Below are positions 7,362 through 16,540 of a stretch of 41,551 bases of DNA, piece after piece. Under the pieces are notes generated by a model. The model worked only from the letters and a program-made list of their open reading frames with translations. It made no database searches and had not been told where the DNA came from. The stretch is from Minisyncoccia bacterium (lineage in GTDB: Bacteria; Patescibacteriota; Minisyncoccia; UBA6257; GWB1-50-10). The DNA is taken from the NCBI GenBank assembly GCA_049997835.1, contig JBEKSI010000001.1:1-41551 (forward strand). The letters run 5' to 3'. Each line of letters starts with the position of its first letter. Positions within the stretch are counted from its first letter, which is position 1. The translations under genes and the position numbers were made by a program.

Positions 7362-7404
7362 AAAAGCGCTAACTCTGCTTCATAGAGAGAAGGCGCTTTT
7401 TTTC
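7362..7404 (+). terminator. Terminator-like hairpin
   Basis: AAAAGCGC (7362-7369) pairs with GCGCTTTT (7393-7400) plus a T-run. There is an inner CTCT/AGAG stem. Confidence 0.5.
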
Positions 7405-7419
7405 TGTTAGAATTAATGA

Positions 7420-7977
7420 ATGGATCCCGTTAGAAATAAGCCGCCCCAAGTGGCTGCCGCCATGCCTTCGGCAGGGCGGATTTCTAACGGGATGGAAATA
7501 ATCGCGGTGCTTCACAACGTCCGGAGTTTGCACAACGTCGGTTCCATGTTCAGAACGGCGGATGCGGCCGGCGTCTCAAAAATTTATCTCTGCGGCATCA
7601 CGCCCGCTCCGACAGACAGGTTTGGAAAAGTGATTCCGCAGCTTGCGAAGGTGGCGCTCGGCGCCGAAAAAACCGTGCCTTGGGAATCGGTGAAATCGCC
7701 GCAGGCCGTTTTAAAACTCATTAAAATTTTAAAGAAAGAGGGATATAAGATATTGGCCATTGAACAATCTGAAAAATCGATTCCATATTACCAACTAAAA
7801 GCTAAAAGCTCACAGCTAAAAGCTGTTTTAATAATGGGAAATGAGGTAAAGGGTCTGCCCAAAAGCATTCTTAAGAATGCCGATAAGATACTGGAAATCC
7901 CCATGCAGGGAGATAAAGAATCGCTGAATGTGAGCGTCGCTTTCGGTATCGTAATTTTTGGTTTATTATATAGATAA
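7420..7977 (+). CDS. SpoU/TrmH-family RNA 2'-O-methyltransferase
   Basis: HNVGSMFRTADAAGV, MGNEVKGL and IPMQG..ESLNVSVA motifs. TGtTAGAAT at 7405-7413 lies 6 nt before ATG 7420. An alternative start at 7492 (MEII...) would remove a 24-aa N-terminal extension. Confidence 0.8.
   Translation: MDPVRNKPPQVAAAMPSAGRISNGMEIIAVLHNVRSLHNVGSMFRTADAAGVSKIYLCGITPAPTDRFGKVIPQLAKVALGAEKTVPWESVKSPQAVLKLIKILKKEGYKILAIEQSEKSIPYYQLKAKSSQLKAVLIMGNEVKGLPKSILKNADKILEIPMQGDKESLNVSVAFGIVIFGLLYR
7424..7493 (+). other. 70-nt hairpin embedded in the first 24 codons of the SpoU ORF
   Basis: ATCCCGTTAGAAAT..CCGCCC (7424-7446) pairs with GGGCGGATTTCTAACGGGAT (7474-7493). There is an inner CTGCCG/CGGCAG stem. Confidence 0.8.
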
Positions 7978-7982
7978 TCCTT

Positions 7983-8516
7983 ATGTATTTCCCGAAAAAC
8001 GTCCTCAATATTGTGATTTTTACGGTGGGCTTCATGGCCGGGATAACCGTCGCCACGCTTTATTACCTGAATCACATTGATTCGGCTACGAACAAGGTAA
8101 ATATAAAAATCGGCGAGCAATACATAGTAGCGGAGATGGCAAAAACGGAGGCCGACAGGCAAAAAGGCTTGGGCGGGCGGACGAGCATCGGATTGAATGA
8201 AGGGATGTATTTTATGTTTGACGAGCCGGGGGTTTACAGCTTCTGGATGAAGGATATGAAATTTCCGATTGACCTGGTGTGGATTTCAAACGGCAAGATT
8301 GTCGGTTTTGAAGAAAATATGCAGCCGCCAGCCGACCCGAACGCGCCGGATTCGCAACTTAAAAGTTATTTGCCGCTGGAGCTAGTGGATAGGGTGCTGG
8401 AACTTCACGCTGGGCGGGTGGCTCTCTTTAAAGCCACCGTGGGCGACAGCGTTTTAGTAAAGCCCCTCGTCCCGGGCATTCAGGCCGCCCAGCAAAATCA
8501 GCCGGTTGTTTATTAG
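7983..8516 (+). CDS. DUF192 domain protein with N-terminal TM anchor
   Basis: QKGLGGRTSIGLNEGMYFMFDEPGVYSFWMKDMKFPIDLVWI is typical DUF192. Confidence 0.75.
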   Translation: MYFPKNVLNIVIFTVGFMAGITVATLYYLNHIDSATNKVNIKIGEQYIVAEMAKTEADRQKGLGGRTSIGLNEGMYFMFDEPGVYSFWMKDMKFPIDLVWISNGKIVGFEENMQPPADPNAPDSQLKSYLPLELVDRVLELHAGRVALFKATVGDSVLVKPLVPGIQAAQQNQPVVY

Positions 8517-8539
8517 TTTTTCGGATTTATAATTTACTT

Positions 8540-9556
8540 ATGGCTAAAGTTGCAATAAACGGTTTCGGGAGGATTGGGAGACTGTTTCTAAAACAAGCGC
8601 TCGGTCAAAAGGGATTGGATGTAGTCGCGATAAATGATTTGGGCGATATTGAAAATCTCGCCTATCTTTTAAAATACGACACGGTTTACGGAAGATATGA
8701 AAAAGAAGTGGAAGTGAGCGGTAAAAATCTTATCGTAGACGGCAAAAAAATTCTTTTTCTCCAAGAAAAAGACCCGGCGAAACTTCCGTGGAAAGAACTG
8801 AAAATTGACGTTGTGGTGGAGGCCACGGGCGTTTTTGAATCCTACGAAAAAGCAAAAGTTCATTTGGGTGCCGGCGCGAAGCGCGTCGTCATCACCGCCC
8901 CCGCCAAAGACGAGGACGGTTCTTTAGGCCGAACCGTTTTGATGGGCGTGAACGAAAAAGAAATAAAAACCTGCCCGATTACTTCAAACGGCTCCTGCAC
9001 GACGAACGCGGCCTCACCCGTCATTCAAATATTGTCGGATAACCCCGGAATAGAAAAGGCGATTTTGAATACCGTGCACGCCTACACGGCGACGCAGAGC
9101 ATTGTTGATGGCCCCGTAAAAGGCAAGGATTTCCGGCGCGGGCGCGCGGCGGCGCAGAATATCACGCCTTCCACGACCGGGGCGGCGATTGCCGTCACGC
9201 GGGCGCTCAGGGAAATGGAAGGGAAATTTGACGGTATCGCCATCCGCGTGCCGGTTCCGGGCGGCTCCATCGCCGACATTACTTTCATCTCAAAAAAGAA
9301 AACTTCGGTTGAGGAAATAAACGAAATTTTCCGGAAAGCGGAGAAAGACGCCAGATGGAAGGGAATTTTGAAGACGACCGAAGACCAGATTGTTTCCTCG
9401 GACATAATCGGCGAACCCTGGGGTGCGATTGTGGATCTGTCTTTCACGAAAGTGGTGGGCGGAAACCTGGTGAAGGTTTTGAGTTGGTACGACAATGAAG
9501 CGGGGTATGTTTCCACACTCATAAAGCACGTTAACGCCGCGATTGCGGCGCTTTAG
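8540..9556 (+). CDS. gap: Glyceraldehyde-3-phosphate dehydrogenase, type I
   Basis: INGFGRIGR, active-site SCTTN and WYDNEAGY. TATAAT at 8528-8533 lies 6 nt before the ATG. Confidence 0.95.
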   Translation: MAKVAINGFGRIGRLFLKQALGQKGLDVVAINDLGDIENLAYLLKYDTVYGRYEKEVEVSGKNLIVDGKKILFLQEKDPAKLPWKELKIDVVVEATGVFESYEKAKVHLGAGAKRVVITAPAKDEDGSLGRTVLMGVNEKEIKTCPITSNGSCTTNAASPVIQILSDNPGIEKAILNTVHAYTATQSIVDGPVKGKDFRRGRAAAQNITPSTTGAAIAVTRALREMEGKFDGIAIRVPVPGGSIADITFISKKKTSVEEINEIFRKAEKDARWKGILKTTEDQIVSSDIIGEPWGAIVDLSFTKVVGGNLVKVLSWYDNEAGYVSTLIKHVNAAIAAL

Positions 9557-9562
9557 ATTTTT

Positions 9563-10063
9563 ATGCTTATTTATATCGGCGCGGATCACCGCGGGTTTAA
9601 ATTGAAGGAAACACTGAAGAATTTTTTGAAGTTACGGGGATACCAGGTCGTTGATTTGGGCAATACGGTTTATGACGAAGGGGATGATAATCCGATTTTT
9701 GCCGCCAAGGTGGCCGAGCAGGTGAACGTGGATTCTGAAACATCGCGCGGGATTTTGATTTGTGGTTCGGGCGTGGGCGTGAGCATTGTCGCGAATAAAT
9801 TTCCCCACATTCGCGCGGCTTTGGCTTCCTCGCCCGACCAGGCGTATGACAGCCGAAAAGAAGATGATTCAAACATACTCGCGCTCGGCGCCAATTATCT
9901 GGACGATGAGACGGCGGAAAGAATAACGCTTACTTGGCTTGAAACGCCGTTTTCGGGGGAAGAAAGGTATCGCCGCAGATTGAGCGAAATAGACCAGATT
10001 GAGGAAACGAGGCCGGATAGCGATTCAAGCGAAAAAACCTCCAAAGATATTAACTGGCAATGA
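9563..10063 (+). CDS. rpiB: Ribose-5-phosphate isomerase B
   Basis: IGADHRGFKLKE and ILICGSGVGVSIVANKF. Ends with TGA. Confidence 0.9.
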   Translation: MLIYIGADHRGFKLKETLKNFLKLRGYQVVDLGNTVYDEGDDNPIFAAKVAEQVNVDSETSRGILICGSGVGVSIVANKFPHIRAALASSPDQAYDSRKEDDSNILALGANYLDDETAERITLTWLETPFSGEERYRRRLSEIDQIEETRPDSDSSEKTSKDINWQ

Positions 10064-10704
10064 ACGCGATTATCGGGATTAATTGTTCTGACTTTGAGTG
10101 CGTAAAAAAACTTTTTGGCGAGGCGGCGGGTTTGAGCGCGCGCGCAGTTCAAATTGACGTTTCGGACGGGAAGTTCGCGCCGGTTAAAACCTGGGGCAAT
10201 CCGGAAGAATTAAGGGAAATTCTGAAAGAATATCCCGGCATAGAGACGGAAATTCATCTGATGGTTGAAGAGCCGGAAAAGGTTTTTGAAAATTGGCTTT
10301 CAGCGGGCGCGAAAAGGTTGGTGATCCACATTGAAAGCGCCGGTAATTTGTTTTCTATCCGCGATAAGACCGAAGCGCTTGGAATGAAAGTAATCTGGGG
10401 GCTCAGGACGGAAACGCCCATTGAATCGCTGGTTCAATATTTGAAAAATAATCAAGAAATTTCCGTTCAGTTTTTGGCAGTAAGCCCGGGATTTTCCAAT
10501 CAGGTTTTTGATTCCAGAAACATTGAGAGAATAAAAAGATTGCGGGAAAGGTGGCCGAATATTGAAATTAGGGTTGATGGCGGGATGAATCCCGAGACGG
10601 CAGAAATGGCTAAAAAGGCGGGGGCGGATGCCGTTGTTTCGGTGTCTTACATATTTGAAGGCAGTGATGCCGCCGCGGCATATAAAACCCTTCTAAATCT
10701 TTAA
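10060..10704 (+). CDS. rpe: Ribulose-phosphate 3-epimerase
   Basis: QIDVSDGKFAP, HLMVEEP and RVDGGMN. There is a 4-nt ATGA overlap with rpiB. Confidence 0.8.
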   Translation: MNAIIGINCSDFECVKKLFGEAAGLSARAVQIDVSDGKFAPVKTWGNPEELREILKEYPGIETEIHLMVEEPEKVFENWLSAGAKRLVIHIESAGNLFSIRDKTEALGMKVIWGLRTETPIESLVQYLKNNQEISVQFLAVSPGFSNQVFDSRNIERIKRLRERWPNIEIRVDGGMNPETAEMAKKAGADAVVSVSYIFEGSDAAAAYKTLLNL

Positions 10705-10740
10705 TCTTCAAAAATGTAACATATGTTACATTTTTGAAGA
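10705..10740. repeat. 36-bp perfect palindrome (TCTTCAAAAATGTAACATATGTTACATTTTTGAAGA)
   Basis: Starts at the nucleotide after the rpe stop codon. It shares the CTTCAAAA/TTTTGAAG outer arms and the central CATATG with the 34-bp palindrome family. Confidence 0.9.
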
Positions 10741-10812
10741 CATGGGTTTTATGGTTTTTGGAGAATTTTGGCGAATTTTATGATTGCTGTATAATAAATT
10801 CAAATAATTTTT

Positions 10813-12426
10813 ATGAGGCGTTCCCGGTCAAAAAAATCCAAATTTATCTTCGTGACCGGGGGAACTGTCTCCGGATTGGGAAAAGGAGTGACGGTGGCAT
10901 CCATCGCCACTCTTTTAAAATCCAGAGGGATGGATGTTCTGCCCTTGAAAATGGACCCGTATTTGAATAAGGATGCGGGAACGATGAATCCTTATCAGCA
11001 CGGCGAGGTTTTCGTGACGGATGACGGCGCGGAGACGGATTTGGATTTGGGGCATTATGAGAGGTTCACGGGGCTGAATCTGACCCGGGATTCAAACTTC
11101 ACGACCGGAGCGGTGTATGAAGAAGTCATCCATCAAGAGCGTCAAGGAAATTTTCTGGGAAAGACGATTCAAATTATTCCGCACATCACGGATGAGATAA
11201 AAAGGAGAATTTTGGGCGCGGCTAAAAAACACAAAGCCGACGTTTGCATCGTGGAAATCGGCGGGACCGTGGGCGACATAGAAGCTGAACCGTTTTTGGA
11301 AACGGTCCGGCAAATAGTGAGGGAAGAAGGAAGCGAAAATGTGATTTTTGTCCATGTGGTGAAGATGGATTACATTTATCCCTCCGACGAAGCGAAAACT
11401 AAACCGATCCAACAGTCGGTTGCGATTTTCCGCGAGCGCGGAATCCAGCCGGATTTTCTCGTGGTGCGCTGCAAGCGGCCCATCACCAAGGAAAATTTTG
11501 AAAAAATATCGCTCTTCACGAATGTGCCGGAGAAAAGAATAATTCCGGCGTTGGATGTGGAGATTCTCTATGAAGTTCCGTTGAATTTCAAAAAATCTAA
11601 GTTTGACGACCATATTCTTGAACGACTGAATATTCGCGGTAAGAACCGAGACATGAGGAGATGGCAAAGAGTCGTTAATAAACTAAAGCAGGCGAAGAAA
11701 ACGGTTAAAATTGCTCTAGTTGGGAAGTACGTGGAAAATAGCGACGCTTACATATCCGTTGAAGAAGCGATAAAAACTGCGGCCGGCCACGCCGGAGCCA
11801 GAGCGGAAATCGTTCACGTTGAATCCGAAACCGAAGATGTTCTGAAAAAAATAAAGGATGCAGACGGCATCGTCGTCCCGGGCGGTTTTGGCAAACGCGG
11901 GATAGAAGGAAAAATAAAAGCCGTTCGCTTCGCCCGCGAAAATAATATCCCTCTGTTGGGGCTCTGCCTCGGCCTTCAGGTGGCTGTGATAGAGTTTGCG
12001 AGGAACGTATGCGGGATGAAGAACGCAAACAGCACGGAATTTGACCTAAAGACATCCTACCCGGTGATAGATATTCTACCGAGCCAGAAAGGCATAAAAG
12101 AAATGGGGGGCACGATGCGGCTGGGGAGCGCGGGCGCGTTTTTGGACAAAAATTCAAAAATAATCGCCTTGTACAAAAACAACAGGATTGCGGAGCGACA
12201 TCGCCATCGTTATGAAGTGAACCCGGAATTTCACGAAAAGCTTTTGAAAGGCGGGCTCGTGTTCAGCGGGATAAACACCGCGGACAAACGCATCGTGGAA
12301 TTCATTGAAATTCCGAAGCATAAATTTTTCGTGGCGACGCAAGCCCATCCGGAATTCAAATCCAGGTTCATGGAACCGCATCCGTTATTCCTTGGTTTAA
12401 TTAAAGCGGCTCTAAGTAAGGATTGA
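10813..12426 (+). CDS. pyrG: CTP synthase
   Basis: [14 protein letters not shown], the glutaminase GLCLGLQ motif and HRHRYEVN. Ends with TGA. Confidence 0.95.
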   Translation: MRRSRSKKSKFIFVTGGTVSGLGKGVTVASIATLLKSRGMDVLPLKMDPYLNKDAGTMNPYQHGEVFVTDDGAETDLDLGHYERFTGLNLTRDSNFTTGAVYEEVIHQERQGNFLGKTIQIIPHITDEIKRRILGAAKKHKADVCIVEIGGTVGDIEAEPFLETVRQIVREEGSENVIFVHVVKMDYIYPSDEAKTKPIQQSVAIFRERGIQPDFLVVRCKRPITKENFEKISLFTNVPEKRIIPALDVEILYEVPLNFKKSKFDDHILERLNIRGKNRDMRRWQRVVNKLKQAKKTVKIALVGKYVENSDAYISVEEAIKTAAGHAGARAEIVHVESETEDVLKKIKDADGIVVPGGFGKRGIEGKIKAVRFARENNIPLLGLCLGLQVAVIEFARNVCGMKNANSTEFDLKTSYPVIDILPSQKGIKEMGGTMRLGSAGAFLDKNSKIIALYKNNRIAERHRHRYEVNPEFHEKLLKGGLVFSGINTADKRIVEFIEIPKHKFFVATQAHPEFKSRFMEPHPLFLGLIKAALSKD

Positions 12427-12449
12427 ATAAATAGGTTATAATTAACTTA

Positions 12450-13310
12450 ATGAAACCCATCCATGATGGACGGCTTGAATACTTAGAGGAATTGGCGAAT
12501 AAAATCCGCGAGAAGGTGATTGAGACGCTTTTGGAAGCCGGTTCGGGGCACTCGGCGGGACCGCTCGGAATGGCGGATATTTTTACCGCCTTTTATTTTC
12601 ACATTCTGAAGCATGACCCAAAAAAGCCGGATTGGCCGGAACGCGACCGGCTTGTGCTTTCAAACGGCCATATCTGCCCGGTTTTATATACTACATTGGC
12701 CTACGCCGGATATTTTCCGATTGAAGAATTGAAGACGCTGCGGAAACTGAATTCGCGCCTTCAGGGTCATCCGCACCGCTTGGCGCTTCCGGGGCTTGAA
12801 ACTACTTCAGGCCCTCTCGGTTCCGGGCTTTCGCAGGCGATTGGGATGGCGCTTACGGCGAAGCTGGATGGCAAGAAATACCGGGTGTATTGTCTGACTT
12901 CCGACGGCGAGCATGAGGAGGGGAATCACTGGGAAGCCGCGATGTTTGCCGGGAAAAATAAATTGAACAATCTTACCGTCGTCGTGGACCGGAACAATAT
13001 TCAGATAGACGGATTTACGGAGAACGTGATGCCGCTTGAACCGCTCAAGGCAAAATACGAAGCGTTCAACTGGCACGTGTTGGAAATTGACGGGCACAAT
13101 ATGCAGGATTTGGTGGACGCGATTTCGGAAGCCGAGGCGATTTACGAAAAGCCAACGGTTATAATCGCGCACACGATTCCCGGGAAGGGCGTGAGTTTCA
13201 TGGAACGGGATTTCCGCTGGCATGGTAAGCCGCCGAACAAGGAAGAGGCAAAAAAAGCGCTTCACGAACTGAGAACTTTGGGTCAGAGAATTAAAAGCGA
13301 ACACGAGTAA
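12450..13310 (+). CDS. tkt: Transketolase, N-terminal (TPP-binding) subunit
   Basis: SGHSAGPLGMADI and SDGEHEEGNHWEA. TATAAT at 12437-12442 lies 7 nt before the ATG. Confidence 0.9.
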   Translation: MKPIHDGRLEYLEELANKIREKVIETLLEAGSGHSAGPLGMADIFTAFYFHILKHDPKKPDWPERDRLVLSNGHICPVLYTTLAYAGYFPIEELKTLRKLNSRLQGHPHRLALPGLETTSGPLGSGLSQAIGMALTAKLDGKKYRVYCLTSDGEHEEGNHWEAAMFAGKNKLNNLTVVVDRNNIQIDGFTENVMPLEPLKAKYEAFNWHVLEIDGHNMQDLVDAISEAEAIYEKPTVIIAHTIPGKGVSFMERDFRWHGKPPNKEEAKKALHELRTLGQRIKSEHE

Positions 13311-13311
13311 T

Positions 13312-14301
13312 ATGTTAAACCCTGAATTAAAATTGAATCCCAGATTGTTCAACGAAGACGTTGAACAAAAACCAATCCGCGACGGATACGGCGACGGGCT
13401 GGTTTTGGCCGGCGAGGCGGATAAAAACGTGGTGGCGCTTTGCGCTGATTTAATTGAATCCACGCGGACGGAGGCCTTTGCGAAAAAATTTCCCGAGAGA
13501 TTTTTTGAAGTCGGGGTGGCTGAGCAAAATATGGCGACAATTGCGGCAGGTTTGGGCATTTCCGGTAAAATCCCATTTATCGCTTCTTACGCCACCTTCT
13601 CGCCGGGGCGGAATTATGAACAGATTCGCACAACGATTGCCTATAACGATTCCAACGTGAAAATCGCCGGTCATCACGCGGGCATTTCCGTGGGACCGGA
13701 TGGCGCGACGCACCAGGCGACGGAAGATATCGCGATAATGCGCGCGATGCCGAATATGTTGGTTTTCGTGCCGTGCGACGCGATTGAAGCGAAGAAAGCG
13801 ACGCTCGCCGCGGCGAAACTCTGGGGACCGGTATATTTAAGGTTCGCGAGAGAAAAATCGCCCGTGATTACGACGGAAGAAACGCCGTTTACGCCGGGTA
13901 AGGCGCAAATATTCTGGCAGTCAAAGAAGCCACAAGCGGTGATTATTGTCTGTGGTACACTCGTTTATAACGCGCTTCTCGCGGCCAAGGAGTTGGAGAA
14001 AGAAAAGATCGGCACGGTGGTTTTAAATAATGCCTCAATAAAGCCGTTGGATGAAAATATGATTTTGGATTTGGTCAAAAAATATCCCGCCGTCGTGACG
14101 GTGGAAGAACATCAGATCCACGGCGGATTGGGAGGGGCGGTAGCGGAACTCTTGGCAAAATACCGTCCGGCACCGATTGAATTTGTCGGGCTTAAAGACA
14201 CTTTCGGAGAATCCGGCGCGCCGGACGAACTTATAGAAAAATACGGCATGGGCGCGGATAATATAAAAGAGGCGGTAAAAAAGGTTTTAAAGAGAATTTA
14301 A
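13312..14301 (+). CDS. tkt: Transketolase, C-terminal (pyrimidine-binding) subunit
   Basis: FFEVGVAEQNM and ATHQATEDIAIMRAMPNM. Starts 1 nt after the stop of the N-terminal subunit gene. Confidence 0.9.
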   Translation: MLNPELKLNPRLFNEDVEQKPIRDGYGDGLVLAGEADKNVVALCADLIESTRTEAFAKKFPERFFEVGVAEQNMATIAAGLGISGKIPFIASYATFSPGRNYEQIRTTIAYNDSNVKIAGHHAGISVGPDGATHQATEDIAIMRAMPNMLVFVPCDAIEAKKATLAAAKLWGPVYLRFAREKSPVITTEETPFTPGKAQIFWQSKKPQAVIIVCGTLVYNALLAAKELEKEKIGTVVLNNASIKPLDENMILDLVKKYPAVVTVEEHQIHGGLGGAVAELLAKYRPAPIEFVGLKDTFGESGAPDELIEKYGMGADNIKEAVKKVLKRI

Positions 14302-15290
14302 TGTTTGACGTTATTACCATCGGTTCAGTGACGCGGGACGCTTTTTTTGAAGCGCCGAAATTCAAAACAATTCCGTGGAAAAAAACGCCTTCAAAAAAAG
14401 GGCTTATTTTGCCGCTTGGGGAGAAGCTTGAAGTGAATGACGTTTATTTCACGATTGGGGGAAATTCCGCGAACGCCGCCGTAACTTTCAGTCGGTTTGG
14501 TTTCAAGACGGCTTGCATCGGGAAGACGGGAGACGACCCTGGCGGCCGGGAAATCAGGCGGCGCCTGAACGCGGAAGGAGTAAACGCGAACTTACTTCTT
14601 AAGACAAGTAAGCTCGGGACGGCCTATTCAGTATTGCTTTTGAAGGACGGAGAAAGGACGATTTTAAGCTATCACGGTGCTTCCAATCTTTTTAATCTGA
14701 AAGACATTGATTTGAATAAGCTGAAAGCCAAGTGGTGGTATCTGTCGCTCGCGGGAGAATCCACGAAAATTTTCGGCGCTTTGCTTAATTTTGCGCGAAA
14801 GCACAAGATTGCGGTGGCGTTTAATCCGAGCGGTTATCATTTAAAGCATCATCGCCGGGATATTTTAAAGCGCTTAAAGAACATTTCGTTTTTAGTGTTA
14901 AATGAAGAAGAAGCGGCTATTCTTATCGGCTTACCGTTCTATAAAGAAAAGGAGGTTTTTAAAAAACTAGACGTGCTTATGCCGGGGATTCTCGCGGTTA
15001 CGAATGGCCGGAAGGGCGCGACGGTTTCCGACGGGAAATCGATTTACCGGGCGGGGATTTTCAAAGAGAGAAAATTAGCGGATAGGACGGGAGCAGGTGA
15101 CGCGTTCGGTTCCGGGTTTGTGGCGGGCTTGATGCAAAAAAACGACATTAATTTCGCGTTGCGTCTCGCTTCCGCGAACGCTACCTCCGCGGTGGAGAAA
15201 ATCGGAGCGACGGAGGGAGTGCTTACGAAACGTGAATTTGAAAATCCCAGATGGCGAAATTTCAGAATAAGCGTCAAAAAAATATCATGA
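14301..15290 (+). CDS. PfkB-family carbohydrate kinase (ribokinase-like)
   Basis: C-terminal DRTGAGDAFGSGFVAGL signature. Overlaps the tkt stop by 1 nt. Confidence 0.8.
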   Translation: MFDVITIGSVTRDAFFEAPKFKTIPWKKTPSKKGLILPLGEKLEVNDVYFTIGGNSANAAVTFSRFGFKTACIGKTGDDPGGREIRRRLNAEGVNANLLLKTSKLGTAYSVLLLKDGERTILSYHGASNLFNLKDIDLNKLKAKWWYLSLAGESTKIFGALLNFARKHKIAVAFNPSGYHLKHHRRDILKRLKNISFLVLNEEEAAILIGLPFYKEKEVFKKLDVLMPGILAVTNGRKGATVSDGKSIYRAGIFKERKLADRTGAGDAFGSGFVAGLMQKNDINFALRLASANATSAVEKIGATEGVLTKREFENPRWRNFRISVKKIS

Positions 15291-16540
15291 TTGCCACCGA
15301 ACGTATCGCCAAAATTTTAAGAGCCGACAGGGGTTTTTTGGAAAAAATCGACAGACATCTTTCAATTATAACCGGCAAAACCGGCGTGATGGGAAAAATC
15401 CTGAAGGAGAACGACAATCTCGTTAAGGGCCATCTCCTTAAATTGGGAGTGGCGGAAGACGCTACCGCGAAGGAAGTTTATGACGCGCTGATTTCCAAAA
15501 TTGAAGCCGACAATCATCTTATTTTTGAGGCGCTGGGCCAGCCCTGTCTCACTGCTAAAAGCGACTGCACGCGGGTTTTGGAAGTGGTGAAAAAAGTGGC
15601 CGGCGTGAATCACGGATTTTTTCTGCGCAAGGAAAAAGCCATTGAGTTTCTGAATAACCAGCCGCCACTCAAGGTGATGAAATGCCTGGGTTATGGATCG
15701 GTCGGCGAGATGCTGGAGAAGGAAGATTTATTTGAAATCTACAGCGCGTTGCGTTTCGTTGAGGGAAACGAATGGCTGAACGACGTGTTTTTCAAGCAAT
15801 ACGAGAATCTGAAACCCGGGGATTTTGAGAAGCGGGAAATTGTGGTGCGCGCCCTGCCGGAAAAATGGGCGGCCATTGCCGCGCCTTTCGTGGAAAGAAA
15901 GTGGCACAATATCAGCCATTTAAAAGAAATGGGGGTGGTTTTCGTGATTCCCGTATCGCTTGGAATTTCAGGCGAGCTTTTGAGGATGATAGGATTGGTT
16001 TTTCATTATCTCCACGAAATTCCTTTTTATTCGGAACTCTTCCTGAAGAGCGTGGAATTTCCCGAAACATTTGCGGCCAATATTATTTCTTTTCTGCGGG
16101 GCGACATTCTTGACCGGCGTTTGCAGGAAGGCGAGAAAACTTTATGGCTTGTGGTCCAGCGCTATCTCGCGAAAGATGACGAGAACGACTGGCGGCTTTT
16201 CGCGCCGCATATAAATCCGGAGGCGATCCACTGGGTAAAAGCGGGGGAAGACGTTTTGCGGCTCGGCGAGGCGTTGGACGGAAAGAGCGTGGACTTGAGT
16301 TTCTGGGCGGGTTTAGATTGGGCGGGCGACTATTTCAAGGACGAGATCGGGAACGACACGCTCGTGAGCTTCAACTTGGTGGATACCGTGATGAGTTTAG
16401 TAAAGGAAAAAGACATGATTAAGTATCTTTATCATCACGAAGAAGCGCTTTGGAACCAGATTTTCGCCGAATATTTCAGCTTTGACGAACTGGAAAAATT
16501 CGCGAAGGAATATCTGCTTCAGGGATATTTTGAGATATGA
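15287..16540 (+). CDS. Hypothetical protein, no recognised family (about 417 aa)
   Basis: Long ORF. I prefer ATG 15287 (ATGA overlap with the kinase stop) over the track start at 15251. The 3' end has a 4-nt overlap with the next gene. Confidence 0.6.
   Translation: MIATERIAKILRADRGFLEKIDRHLSIITGKTGVMGKILKENDNLVKGHLLKLGVAEDATAKEVYDALISKIEADNHLIFEALGQPCLTAKSDCTRVLEVVKKVAGVNHGFFLRKEKAIEFLNNQPPLKVMKCLGYGSVGEMLEKEDLFEIYSALRFVEGNEWLNDVFFKQYENLKPGDFEKREIVVRALPEKWAAIAAPFVERKWHNISHLKEMGVVFVIPVSLGISGELLRMIGLVFHYLHEIPFYSELFLKSVEFPETFAANIISFLRGDILDRRLQEGEKTLWLVVQRYLAKDDENDWRLFAPHINPEAIHWVKAGEDVLRLGEALDGKSVDLSFWAGLDWAGDYFKDEIGNDTLVSFNLVDTVMSLVKEKDMIKYLYHHEEALWNQIFAEYFSFDELEKFAKEYLLQGYFEI

Noticed and set aside
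10734-10970. 78-aa ORF overlapping the pyrG start region.
   Set aside because: It begins inside the palindrome and promoter region and overlaps the well-supported pyrG frame. It has no motif or start signal.
9563-12426. Possible UGA recoding (alternative genetic code), as in some candidate phyla.
   Set aside because: rpiB and pyrG both terminate at TGA at positions consistent with full-length proteins, and no conserved ORF requires read-through of TGA. The standard bacterial code fits.
12450-14301. Split transketolase as an unusual feature or pseudogene.
   Set aside because: Two-subunit transketolases with a 1-nt intergenic gap are a well-known arrangement in many bacteria and archaea. Both halves are intact.
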